IMG/VR virus record: IMGVR_UViG_3300031939_000004
Location: 1 to 53,786 of that record
Strand: one strand, 5' to 3'
Origin: a virus
Taxonomy: Duplodnaviria > Caudoviricetes
Length of the DNA: 53,786 bases
The notes under the pieces were generated by a model, which worked only from the letters and a program-made list of their open reading frames with translations, ran no database searches and had not been told where the DNA came from. The stretch's first letter is position 1. Each line of letters begins with the position of its first letter. Made by a program: the position numbers and the translations under genes. Of this stretch, positions 17,163 through 26,559 are shown piece by piece.

Positions 17163-19141
17163 TCGAGCCACCTTCCATGGTCGATCTTCATTGGACAGCC
17201 GAAGTAGGCGCTTGCCATCTCAGCACCCCGCTGCGCCAGTTGCGGGACGAGCACGTCCCCGACCTCGGTCGGGAGATACAGCACTGCGGAGTCGTGCACG
17301 GTCAGGACCAGCCCGCCGGCCGGGTGCCACTCGCGGGTCTGCAGCTCGACGTCGTTCAGCCACTCGGTCACGAACTCGGCCAGCGAGCCCTGGACGATCC
17401 GGTTCCAGCCGGATCTCGCGTAGTCCCGGGGGCCGAGGTAGGTGTAGCGGCCACTCACCAGCCGCAGCCGGCGCTGATACTCGAACTCGCGCATCCGGCC
17501 GTAGTACATGTCGCCGAACTCGGGGTAGGTGTCGCGCCATGCGTAGACGGCACGCTTGCACTCCCCCAGGGGCCACTCCAACTCGGCCTGCTTACGGAGG
17601 GTGCCCTGGAACGTCTCGGCGCCGATCCAGAAGATCGACCCGAAGGTCAGCCGCTTGGCGATGTCGCGCATCCGCTTCCACTCGACCGGCCCGACGTCGT
17701 CCTTGGTCGTCTTAAACACGCTCTCGGTGGTCACCGAGTGCAGGTCGGCGCCCTCGGCCAGCATGGTGTTCATCCGCTCGCAGCCGGCGAGGTGGGAGGC
17801 GACCCGCAGCTCGGCCTGGCTCAGGTCCAGGTTGTAGGCGGCCCAGCCGTCGATCGCGCCGGGCCCGTCGAAGAACATCAGGCGCGGGTGGTCGACGCCC
17901 TCGATCCCGCTGCCCTTGTCCATCTTCGGCACGGCCTGGAGTTGTACCCTGCCAACTGCCATCCGGCCGGACTTGACGTGCGCCTGCTTGTATTCGGTGC
18001 GCAGCCGGCCGTCCGGCCCGTTCAGCGCGGGGTAGCCCTCGTACCACATGCTCAGCGCGGTCTGCATCTTGCGATACTGGCCCCACTCGACGGCGTACGG
18101 CACGCCGGTCTTGGCCCAGAACGTGGCCTCGGTCTTGTCGACCGGCCGCTCCTCGATCCACTCGTCGCCCTTGCGGATCTTGCGCGGCTTGCAGCCCTGC
18201 CGGTCGTAGAACCAGTGCGCCGCGGTGTCGACGGTGGGTTCGACGCCCCAGGCGCGGCGGAGCTTCTCGCGCAGCGGCGCCATCTGCGCCCGGATCTTCT
18301 CGGCTTCGGCCAGCGACCGCTTGGCGTGGTAGGGCACCCCGCGCTGCTCGATCCGGTACAGGGTGCGCAGGGTCCGGTGGCGCAGGGCGAGCCCGGCCAC
18401 CTCCACCGGGGACATCTCCGCGCCGCGCAGGACGCCATCGGGTGACTCGTGACCATAGACCCGGCTGCGCTGGTGCAGCCACAGTCGGAGCGTTTGGTCG
18501 GCGTCGCGTCGGGCGTACGGCTCCATGGTCCCCCAGGGGACGAGGTCGTAGCGCTTCCGGCCGTCCAGGACCTTCTTCAGCGCGTTCTGCTCGGCGCGCT
18601 CGTCCTCGCCCCACAGCCGCTGGGCGGTGGCTTTCAGCGCGACCAGCTTGGTCGGGTCCAGCTCCTTGGCGACCAACATGGTGTCCCAGGCCAGCGCGGG
18701 CTCCAGGTCGATCCCGCCTCCGCCGGTGCCGTCGCCGAACGAGCGGACCCCGGCGCGCAGCATGGTCAGGTCGAATTTCGCGTTGTGCATGACCAGCCGG
18801 CGCCGGCTCAGCCAGCCGGTCAGCTCGTCCCATGCCTGCCGGTCCAGGTTGGGGTCCTCGAACAGGTCGCCGAGGGCGAACAGCGAGGTCTGCTCCTGGC
18901 CGGCTGCCTTGCGGTCCATCTTGGCGGGGCGCTCGCCCTTGTCCTCCCAGCGCTCCTGGTCGAACGGGAAGGCGCGGGTAATCTGCCGGCCTCGGCCGCC
19001 GTGCTCGCCCTGCTCGTAGTAGCTGATCGAGACGACCGCGACTCGGGCACCGTCGTCGGGGTGCAGCCCGCTGGTCTCGGTGTCGCAGGCGACCAGGCCC
19101 CACACCTGCTCGGGCAGGCCGAGGATCGGGGTCTTGTCCAT
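17159..19141 (-). CDS. Family A DNA polymerase with 3'-5' exonuclease (DpoZ candidate)
   Basis: Exo motifs DTETSG, HNAKFD, YARRD; motif A DLSQAELR, motif B RDIAKRLTFGSIFW, motif C VHDS; leaderless (TAGGAT at 19149-19154). Confidence 0.92.
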   Translation of the reverse strand: MDKTPILGLPEQVWGLVACDTETSGLHPDDGARVAVVSISYYEQGEHGGRGRQITRAFPFDQERWEDKGERPAKMDRKAAGQEQTSLFALGDLFEDPNLDRQAWDELTGWLSRRRLVMHNAKFDLTMLRAGVRSFGDGTGGGGIDLEPALAWDTMLVAKELDPTKLVALKATAQRLWGEDERAEQNALKKVLDGRKRYDLVPWGTMEPYARRDADQTLRLWLHQRSRVYGHESPDGVLRGAEMSPVEVAGLALRHRTLRTLYRIEQRGVPYHAKRSLAEAEKIRAQMAPLREKLRRAWGVEPTVDTAAHWFYDRQGCKPRKIRKGDEWIEERPVDKTEATFWAKTGVPYAVEWGQYRKMQTALSMWYEGYPALNGPDGRLRTEYKQAHVKSGRMAVGRVQLQAVPKMDKGSGIEGVDHPRLMFFDGPGAIDGWAAYNLDLSQAELRVASHLAGCERMNTMLAEGADLHSVTTESVFKTTKDDVGPVEWKRMRDIAKRLTFGSIFWIGAETFQGTLRKQAELEWPLGECKRAVYAWRDTYPEFGDMYYGRMREFEYQRRLRLVSGRYTYLGPRDYARSGWNRIVQGSLAEFVTEWLNDVELQTREWHPAGGLVLTVHDSAVLYLPTEVGDVLVPQLAQRGAEMASAYFGCPMKIDHGRWLE

Positions 19142-19191
19142 GCCGCCCATCCTACCGGCGCCCCTTGCCGTCGAGGCACGTCGAGGCGCCG

Positions 19192-19524
19192 GGGGTCAGG
19201 GGGTCAGTCCTCCGACAGTGTCCCTCGTGATGCATGTGCACGCGTCGCGCGCGTACGTCGCGTACCCGCGTACGTGTAAAGAACCCCAATCTCATATACT
19301 GACCCCCTGTCCCCGGTGCTCTTCTCACGCGGAACGACCGGCGTGTCGTGGGGGTCACTGGCCACTGACCCCCGCACTGACCCCCCACTGACCCCTAGCC
19401 CCTCTGTTGCGAACCGGGCAAGGGCATCTGGCCACTGACCCCACTGACCCCCTGACCCCCTGGGCCGCCGGGGTCAGTGGGGGTCAATGGGGGGTCAGTG
19501 GGTGCCTGACCCCCGCTGACCCCC
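19192..19524. repeat. Cluster of about 15 TGACCCC repeats in both orientations; putative replication origin
   Basis: Copies counted by eye; they flank a locally AT-rich patch (about 19275-19300) between polymerase and primase. Confidence 0.7.
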
Positions 19525-22256
19525 TGCAGCAGCCTGGCCGAGACCTCCACCGACAGCGGCCGGTAGGTGCGCTTGTTCGCCTTGTCCCCCGAGACGGGCC
19601 GGCGCACCCCGGGCTCGTCGGACAGCGTGTCCAGCTGGGCCCGCAGCGCCTCCGCGGTCTCGTTCCGGCCGGCGGCGCCCGGGGTCTTTAGCCGCAGGTG
19701 CTCCAGCCAGGCCGCGGTCAGCTCGGCGTTGACCCACAGGCGCTCGCCGCGCAGCAGGAACGGCGTGATCGGCGCCGGGAACCGCGAGTCCGAGCGGGTC
19801 GGCTCGGCGGGTGGCTCGATCCGGTCCAGCAGCCGCGGGAGGACCGACAGCGTGAGTGCGTTCTCGTCGCCGTAATCGGCCTGCTCATCGACCCACCTCG
19901 CCACGACATCCACGTGGTGCGGGTCGCCGGTGAGCTTGGCCAGCAGCCTCGCGCCGGCCTGCAACACCGCCATGGCGTCGCCCATCCGACCACCCCCGCT
20001 GCCGCGCAGCTGGCGGATCTCCTCGGTCAGCGCGTCGGCGTGCCGCAGCGCCATCCGGACGACCGTGCCGGCCAGCACGGTCAGGTCCCGGTCGTACCGG
20101 GCGGACAGCTCCACGATGTCGGCCCACTGCAGCCGGTCGGCCGGCGCGCCCTTACGCTGGCTGCGCCGCTTGGTCGGGCTGGCCACCTTCAGCCGGATCG
20201 ACCGGTCGATCAGCGCCTTCTCCCGGGTCAGCCCCAGGTTCTCCCCGGAGATCACGAACGGCGCGACCAGCCGGGTGGTCACGTTCTGGGTGCGGTCCTC
20301 GGCTTTCTTGGTCATCGAGCCCTCGGAGGTCGCCGCGCGCATCACCTCCTCCAGGTGCCCGATGGTGTCGGCGTCGTCCAGCCAGACGATCCCGTTCCGG
20401 TTGGCGCTCAGCGCGTCGCGGAACGCCGGCTTGGTGTTCACCGACTGGCCGCCCTTGTTGCCGGCGAGCTGGATCAGCAGCCCGAACATGCCGGTGGTCT
20501 TGCCGGACTCGGACGGCGCCTCGATCGCCATGAACGGGAACGCCCCGGTCGCCTGCATCACCGCGTGCTTCACCAGCGCGGCGGCCCACCAGGCGCCGAA
20601 CACCGAGGCGGTCTGCTCGTGGTGGAAGGTCAGCAGCTCGCGCAGCACCGCCCTGGCCTCGGCCTCGTCCCGGTCCACCCCGTATCGGAACTGGACCAGC
20701 TCGGCCGCAGCCGGCGAGGGCCGGACCCCCGGGCCGGTGTACTTACCGTCGACGGTGATCACGCCATCGGGGGTGACGAACCCGCCGATCCGGTGCTTGC
20801 CGGTGGGCTGCCCGTCTTGGCCGATCTCGGGCACCCGGATGTCGGCGTGCCAGCCGAGGTGCGGGACCACCTGGAAGGCCGGCGGGCGCTGGTTGTCCAG
20901 GTAGCGCTGCACCCGGGCGCCGCGGTCCATCCGGTCCACCGCCGGCTTGCCCTCCTCGATGGTGGCGCCCTGCGACGCCAGCCAGGCGTTCAGCTTCCGG
21001 GTGTCGGCGAGGGTCCTCGCGTCGACCTGCAGCTGCCGCGGTGGGAGCTTGTCCTCCACCCCGCGCTTCAGGTACATGCGCACGTCGTAGGTCCTCGCGT
21101 CGTCCTCCTGGAGCACCCCGACCGCCTCCAGGTCGAAGTCGGCCCACTCGAACCAGGCCGGCTGACGGGTGTCGCCCGACCCCACCCAGCCGCGGTACAG
21201 CAGCGTCCCCAGCCGCACCCCGCCCGGACCGCGGCCGGGGGCCAGGTAGCCGGCCCGCCCGTCGATCGTGGCCAGTTCCATCTCGTCCTGCGCCGGCTCG
21301 TCCAGCGCGGTGCGCTCCTGCGCCTCGGCCTGCTTGCGCCGCTCGGCCTTCCAGATGGAGCCGGCGACCTTGTCCACCTCGGCCGCCGGCAACGGCGGGG
21401 TGAGCTTCGCCGCCTGCTCGCGCACCTGCACCAGGTAGGTGTCCCGGTGGTTCTCCCGGGCCGCCAGCTGGCCCGCCACCCGGGCCAGCCAGTCGTTCCG
21501 GCCGCCCTCGCCGTCTGGTGGGTTCTGCATCAGCTCGGCCAGGGTCGATCGGCCGGTCGGGCGCTCGCCCTTCTCACTGGTCGCCCCGACCGACTTCAGG
21601 TCGGACAGCAGCCAGGCCGGGGGCTCGGCCAGCTGCTCGGTCGGCTCGATGATCCACTCGCGGCCGGGCAGCCCGCCGGCCACCACGAACCCGCCGTCGC
21701 CGCGCAGGTCCACCCCGGAGTCCTTGCCGTATAGCGCCGATCGGTTGCCGATCCGGTAGTTCGGGTCGGCGTCGGCGCCGGTCCCCTCCGCGGGGTACGC
21801 GTAGTAGTTGTGCAGCCCACCCGAGCTGGTCCGCGCCACCGCCGGCTCGCCCCACCCGCCCTCGTGTTCCCACTGGGCCGCCTTCGCCCGCTGGGTGTCC
21901 CCGCCCCGGGCGTTCGGGTGCGCCTCGCTGGCGACGTCGAAATCGACCACCAGCAGCCCGGAGGGCCGGCCGGTCGGGATCCCCGGCACCGCCAGCGGGA
22001 ACTGCCCACCCCGGCCGAACCAGCCGCGGATCACGTCCGGGTCCCGGGTGGCGACCGTCTGCCAGCCCTTCACCGCCGGCACCTTCGTGGCCGAGTTCAC
22101 CGGGAACACCGGCCAGCCGAACGAGGCGCAGGTCAGCGCCACCGCCAGCGCGTGGTCCGTGACCCCCGCGATCCCGGTCTGCTGCTCGGTCGGCGCGCCC
22201 TGCTCCGGGCGCTCGCGGGCGGGCTCGGGTGCCCCTCCGCGGTTGATCTTCGGCAT
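19395..22256 (-). CDS. Bifunctional primase-polymerase fused to PriCT and a P-loop domain
   Basis: GWPVFP, LLVVDFD, TSSGGLHNYY, GVDLRGDGGFVV, GGRND and APSESGKTT motifs. Confidence 0.88.
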   Translation of the reverse strand: MPKINRGGAPEPARERPEQGAPTEQQTGIAGVTDHALAVALTCASFGWPVFPVNSATKVPAVKGWQTVATRDPDVIRGWFGRGGQFPLAVPGIPTGRPSGLLVVDFDVASEAHPNARGGDTQRAKAAQWEHEGGWGEPAVARTSSGGLHNYYAYPAEGTGADADPNYRIGNRSALYGKDSGVDLRGDGGFVVAGGLPGREWIIEPTEQLAEPPAWLLSDLKSVGATSEKGERPTGRSTLAELMQNPPDGEGGRNDWLARVAGQLAARENHRDTYLVQVREQAAKLTPPLPAAEVDKVAGSIWKAERRKQAEAQERTALDEPAQDEMELATIDGRAGYLAPGRGPGGVRLGTLLYRGWVGSGDTRQPAWFEWADFDLEAVGVLQEDDARTYDVRMYLKRGVEDKLPPRQLQVDARTLADTRKLNAWLASQGATIEEGKPAVDRMDRGARVQRYLDNQRPPAFQVVPHLGWHADIRVPEIGQDGQPTGKHRIGGFVTPDGVITVDGKYTGPGVRPSPAAAELVQFRYGVDRDEAEARAVLRELLTFHHEQTASVFGAWWAAALVKHAVMQATGAFPFMAIEAPSESGKTTGMFGLLIQLAGNKGGQSVNTKPAFRDALSANRNGIVWLDDADTIGHLEEVMRAATSEGSMTKKAEDRTQNVTTRLVAPFVISGENLGLTREKALIDRSIRLKVASPTKRRSQRKGAPADRLQWADIVELSARYDRDLTVLAGTVVRMALRHADALTEEIRQLRGSGGGRMGDAMAVLQAGARLLAKLTGDPHHVDVVARWVDEQADYGDENALTLSVLPRLLDRIEPPAEPTRSDSRFPAPITPFLLRGERLWVNAELTAAWLEHLRLKTPGAAGRNETAEALRAQLDTLSDEPGVRRPVSGDKANKRTYRPLSVEVSARLLQGVSGGQAPTDPPLTPTDPGGPGGQGVSGVSGQMPLPGSQQRG

Positions 22257-22375
22257 CTGAAGCCGTCCCCCTCGTGTTAGTGTGACGACGACGCCCCGAC
22301 CGGGGCGTGCGGCGCTGTCCTGTGCCGTGCATGGTGGGTAAGACCGGCCCGCGCCTTGGCGGGGTGGGCCGACGA

Positions 22376-22414
22376 CGAGGGCCCGGGTCTGTTGGGGAAC
22401 GACCCGGGCCCTCG
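22376..22414 (-). terminator. Intergenic hairpin
   Basis: 14-bp inverted repeat cgagggcccgggtc/gacccgggccctcg. Confidence 0.55.
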
Positions 22415-22456
22415 CCCTATCTAAGACCCGGCCCTAGCGGGTCGCGGGGTTCTGGC

Positions 22457-22900
22457 TCACCAGGAGCCGTCGCCCCCGCCCTGGACCTGCATCCCGTCCT
22501 CGGGCAGCGGCATCCAGCGCTCGATCTCGTTGCCGATCTGGCCCTTGCGCTTGCCCTGCTCGATCTCGCGCTGGACCACCACGGCCTGGCAGACGTCCCC
22601 GATCATCTCGTCGGTGTCGGAGTCGTAGGTGTAGCCCATGGCGTCGAAGAACTGCCGCATCTTCCAGGCGCTCTTCTCGCCCAGGCTGATGTTCTCGAAC
22701 AGCCGGCGCTTGGCGTAGGTCTGGTCGCCCGCGGCGTCCGCGACGATCTCCCACTCGGTCGACCAGTACGGGTTGTCGTCGCCGCGCACCTCGACCTGGC
22801 GCAGCTTTACGGTGTAAATGCCCTCGGGGGCGGGCCCGAAGGCGCCGGACTCGGGAGCGTTGGCCACCTGCTGCTGGATGGCGGCGTTGAGCTTGGGCAC
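22457..22900 (-). CDS. DUF669-like putative ssDNA-binding protein
   Basis: F.PAPEGIY.V motif, acidic tail, downstream of the Sak4-like ATPase. Confidence 0.75.
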   Translation of the reverse strand: MPKLNAAIQQQVANAPESGAFGPAPEGIYTVKLRQVEVRGDDNPYWSTEWEIVADAAGDQTYAKRRLFENISLGEKSAWKMRQFFDAMGYTYDSDTDEMIGDVCQAVVVQREIEQGKRKGQIGNEIERWMPLPEDGMQVQGGGDGSW

Positions 22901-22902
22901 GG

Positions 22903-24204
22903 TCAGTTCTCCTTGGTGTCGGTGGTCTTGGCGGGTGCGGCTTTCTTCGCCGGCTGGCGCTTGCCGGTCTGCTTCGCCGGCTCGGCCGGCGCCGGGGACG
23001 CCTCCTCCTCGGCCGGCGGCTCGTAGGTCAGCTCGCCGGTCAGGTAGGCGTGCACCCGCTCGAACGTCGGGTTCTCCAGCACCGGCGGGGTCACCCCGAA
23101 CCGGTCCTTGGCGCGGGTGGTCTTGGCCGGCCGGGTGCGGGCCACGAAGTGCGGCTCGACGTCGTTCTCGCCGGCCATGTTCTGCACCCGCATGGCGATG
23201 TCCACGTAACCCAGCAGGGCGTTCTGGATCGCCGGGGTGGTGCTCGGCCCGTACATCACCCGGCCGGTGTCCTCGTCCACGTCCCGACGCTCCAGCGCGG
23301 TCATCAGGAAGTGGCAGGGCAGATCCCGGTACTTGCGCAGCAGCGGCAGCACCTGGTTCGACACGACCCCGTAGTCCGAGCGGTCGGTGAAGTCGGCCGA
23401 CTCGCGGTAGTCCTTGCGCTTACCCGAGCCCTCCGGCAGCGCGTTGTTCTTGGCCACCTCCCGTTCCACGATGTCGCGCAGCAGCTTGGTGACGATCTCG
23501 GTGACCGAGTCCCAGGCGACCGCGTACCAGGCGTCGGGGTCGTCGTGCAGCTCGGCCTGGACCTGCCAGAACAGCCGCTCCAGGTTGTCCACCGTGAGCA
23601 GCTCCGGGCGCCCCGGAGGCGGGAAGATCGAGATGTTGCCGGTGTTCACCCCGCGCCTGCGCAGCGGGGTCAGCTTCAGCCCGCCCTCGGCGTTGATGAC
23701 CAGGATCCGACCGTGGTTGGCCGCGGTGGCGATCGAGGTCGTCTTGCCGGTGCCCTCGGTGCCGTACCACAGACCGTTGAGCTTCTCCTCGGTCTCGTCC
23801 AGCGCGGCCAGCTGCAGCCCGCCAGTCGACGGCCCGGCCATCTCCCCGCGCGGCTCGGCCACCACCGGGGTCGGCCGGGCGCGCTTGGCCGGCGGTGCGG
23901 CCTTCTTCGCCGCGGGGGCCGGCTTCTCCGCTGGGGTCTCCTGTGTCACGGGAGCCCCTCCGTCGGCCTCGGAGCCCCCGGCGGGCACCGGGGCACCCTC
24001 CTCGGGCTCGACGCCCCCGTCCGGCCCGGACGGGAGTGCGGCGTCGGCCGGCCAGCCGTCGTCCACCGGGTTGGCGGCTGCGGCCCACGGGTCGCCCGTA
24101 GCGGGCGCCCCGCCCTTCATCGTCTCCTCCACCGGCGGGACCTGGGCGCGGGCGACCGTGGTGGCCGCCCCGTCCCCCGCGGTGTGGCGTGGTGCTTTGG
24201 GCAT
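22903..24204 (-). CDS. AAA_24 / Sak4-like ATPase (recombinase)
   Basis: YGTEGTGKTT, INAEGG, VAWDSVT and AKDR motifs. Confidence 0.85.
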   Translation of the reverse strand: MPKAPRHTAGDGAATTVARAQVPPVEETMKGGAPATGDPWAAAANPVDDGWPADAALPSGPDGGVEPEEGAPVPAGGSEADGGAPVTQETPAEKPAPAAKKAAPPAKRARPTPVVAEPRGEMAGPSTGGLQLAALDETEEKLNGLWYGTEGTGKTTSIATAANHGRILVINAEGGLKLTPLRRRGVNTGNISIFPPPGRPELLTVDNLERLFWQVQAELHDDPDAWYAVAWDSVTEIVTKLLRDIVEREVAKNNALPEGSGKRKDYRESADFTDRSDYGVVSNQVLPLLRKYRDLPCHFLMTALERRDVDEDTGRVMYGPSTTPAIQNALLGYVDIAMRVQNMAGENDVEPHFVARTRPAKTTRAKDRFGVTPPVLENPTFERVHAYLTGELTYEPPAEEEASPAPAEPAKQTGKRQPAKKAAPAKTTDTKEN

Positions 24205-24298
24205 GGTGTCTCTCTCCAGTGTGTCGGCACCTACCCCTGCTCGGCTGGCAGGGGCTGTCTATCAGATCACGGCCCTACGACAGGGCCAGGCCTTGCGG

Positions 24299-25246
24299 TC
24301 AGTCGGTCTTGTCCGAACGGGCCGACCCGCGGGCCGGGATCAGCGTCGAGCGCTCGCGCTTCTCGAACCCGAACGCCCGCATGGCGGTCGCCTCGTCCAT
24401 TCCGCGGCGGATCGACAGGTGAGCGTCGAAGTAGTCGCACCAGCCGGCGCACCCACCCAGCCCGGAGTTCGGGCTGGAGAACTCGCGGCGGTCCGGCCGG
24501 TGGATCTCCGAGGCGGCCCGTGCCGCGTCCAGCGCGACCGTGGCCAGCTCGATGTCGGTGGTGAACAGCCGGTGGCGCACGAACCGCTCGTCGTCGGACA
24601 TCGCCCGCTTCAGCTTCTCGGTCCGGGCGTGGTTGACCATGAACCCGGCCACCCGCCGGCCGGTGTGGCGCAGTGCCCAGGTGTACAGCTTGAACTGGTC
24701 GTCGATGTCCAGGCCGGCGGGCTTCGGCTGCTGCTTGCCGGTCTTGTCGTCCCAGATCCAGATCGCCCCGGTGTCGCGCAGCCGGGCCACCCGGTCGATC
24801 TTCACCTTCAGGCCGATCGGCCCGTCCTTGGTCGGGTCGTCCGGGTCCGGCAGCGGCAGGACGGCGCTGTACTGGTTCGCCAGCGTGTCCCACTCGGGGT
24901 CGTCGCCGTACCGGCCGACGTACCCGTCGTACATCCAGGCCAGCAGCTCCCGGTCGTCGTCGGCGATCCCCGAGGTCTGCAGCACCTCGGCCACCTGGGT
25001 GGCGCGGGCCTCGTGCGACTGGCCGCCCATGATCCCGGCGTAGTGGGTCTGCATCATCGCGTCCCACACCGTGCCGCGGTCCAGCGCCGGCTTGGCCTTG
25101 TCCGAGTCCCACCGGTCCACGTAGGACAGCCGGTGCTTCATCGGGCACTGGCGGAACGCGGCCAGCTCCGAGTACGAGACGTAGGTGGTGCGCCAGGGCT
25201 CGTCGCCCTCGGTCTGGACGGGCGCTTCAGCGGTCGGCAAGCTCAT
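24299..25246 (-). CDS. PD-(D/E)XK Cas4/RecB-like exonuclease
   Basis: SYSEL..F.QCP, KIDR, WDDKTG, QFKLY and C..WC motifs. Confidence 0.85.
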   Translation of the reverse strand: MSLPTAEAPVQTEGDEPWRTTYVSYSELAAFRQCPMKHRLSYVDRWDSDKAKPALDRGTVWDAMMQTHYAGIMGGQSHEARATQVAEVLQTSGIADDDRELLAWMYDGYVGRYGDDPEWDTLANQYSAVLPLPDPDDPTKDGPIGLKVKIDRVARLRDTGAIWIWDDKTGKQQPKPAGLDIDDQFKLYTWALRHTGRRVAGFMVNHARTEKLKRAMSDDERFVRHRLFTTDIELATVALDAARAASEIHRPDRREFSSPNSGLGGCAGWCDYFDAHLSIRRGMDEATAMRAFGFEKRERSTLIPARGSARSDKTD

Positions 25247-25706
25247 GTTCGATCTCCTCGGTGATGCCGCCCAGGATCGTCTCCAGGCTGGCGGTGTGCA
25301 GGTGAACGTCGATCGGCTCGGGCTGGCTCGGCGGCAGCGCGATCTGGATCGGCGGGTAGGCCGGCGGCTGGGTCAGCCGTGACCCGTCGCCGCGGAACAC
25401 GACCTCGTAGATGCCGGCGGCCTCCAGCATCCGGGCGGCCAGCCAGCGGGCCTCGGCCGGCCCCATGATCGAGGGCACCGCGTAGAGCGACACCCCGGCC
25501 GGCGAGACGTCCACACCGGACCCGGGGCCGGGTCGGGCGTCGGAGTGCCAGTGGGCGTCGGCGTCCTCGTCCTCGCGCCACCAGCGCGGCTCGGGTCGCC
25601 CGTTGATTACCATGTACCCAGGCGAGCGCCCGGATGCCCCCGTATCGGTCGGGCCGTTCTGCAGTTCACCCTCAGCGCGCCGGTCGGCGCCGCTCTGCAG
25701 TGTCAC
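25227..25706 (-). CDS. Hypothetical protein
   Basis: AGGAG RBS before GTG. Confidence 0.55.
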   Translation of the reverse strand: MTLQSGADRRAEGELQNGPTDTGASGRSPGYMVINGRPEPRWWREDEDADAHWHSDARPGPGSGVDVSPAGVSLYAVPSIMGPAEARWLAARMLEAAGIYEVVFRGDGSRLTQPPAYPPIQIALPPSQPEPIDVHLHTASLETILGGITEEIEHELADR

Positions 25707-25785
25707 TTTCGGTAGCTCCTACCTGCGGCCCTCGTCTGGACCGCGGTTGATCGGGCTGTCCGTCGACCGGCAGCCCGGGTGCGGT

Positions 25786-26559
25786 TCAGTCCCCGTATCG
25801 GTCGGCCACGGCCAACGCGATGTACTGCTCTGCACCTCCCGCCTGCTCCACCAGCGCCTGCGCCTCGGTCAGCACCGGCAGCATCTCCGGCTTCTCCTGC
25901 TGCCAGGCCGGGTGCTCCGGCCCCGGCAGCCAGCCGCGGGCGATCCTCTCGGCCAGCGCCTCCACGTAGTCGGCGTGCGTGTCCTGGGCGGACCGGGCCT
26001 GGCCCAGCCGTCCCTTCAGCTTGGCGTCATGGCCGGGCACGAACCGGCCACCCTTGGTCAACGAGCCGCAGCCGCAGTGGCAACGCTGGGGCGCCTTCGG
26101 CGCGGCCTTGGTGCGCAGCCTGACGGGGCGCTCGCCGCGCTCCTCGCGCAGCCGGTTCTCCTCGGCCCGCTGCTGCTCGCGGCGCTGCCGGGTCTCCTCG
26201 CGGATCGCGGCGATCTGGGCGGTGAGGTGGCCGTTGGCCGACCGGCGCAGGTCGGCGGCGATCTGGCATGCCTCCTGGTTGGTGTGCTGCCGGCGGATCG
26301 GGTCGTAGCCCTCGGCCGCCTCGACCTCGGTCAGGCACACGTGGCACTTCCGGTGGTCGCCGTGCGCCGGGCAGGTGCAGACCACGACCGAGCCGACGCC
26401 AGTGGTCAGCGCGCCGGGGCAGCGGGCGTGCCACTCGGAGCCGGTGCCGGTCGGCTGGTTGCCGTCCATGGCCTGCGCCTCGGACTGGCAGAACCCGAAC
26501 AGGTGCGGGACGGGGGCCGGCGGGTTCTTGGTCCCGCCGGCCCGCTTCGGCTCAGACAT
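25786..26559 (-). CDS. Cys-rich protein with CxCGC...GHDA motif
   Basis: CHCGCGSLTKGGRFVPGHDAK. Confidence 0.7.
   Translation of the reverse strand: MSEPKRAGGTKNPPAPVPHLFGFCQSEAQAMDGNQPTGTGSEWHARCPGALTTGVGSVVVCTCPAHGDHRKCHVCLTEVEAAEGYDPIRRQHTNQEACQIAADLRRSANGHLTAQIAAIREETRQRREQQRAEENRLREERGERPVRLRTKAAPKAPQRCHCGCGSLTKGGRFVPGHDAKLKGRLGQARSAQDTHADYVEALAERIARGWLPGPEHPAWQQEKPEMLPVLTEAQALVEQAGGAEQYIALAVADRYGD

Noticed and set aside
19192-19524. CRISPR array
   Set aside because: The repeats are 7-9 bp, in mixed orientation and irregularly spaced; the Cas4-like gene is a stand-alone phage exonuclease.
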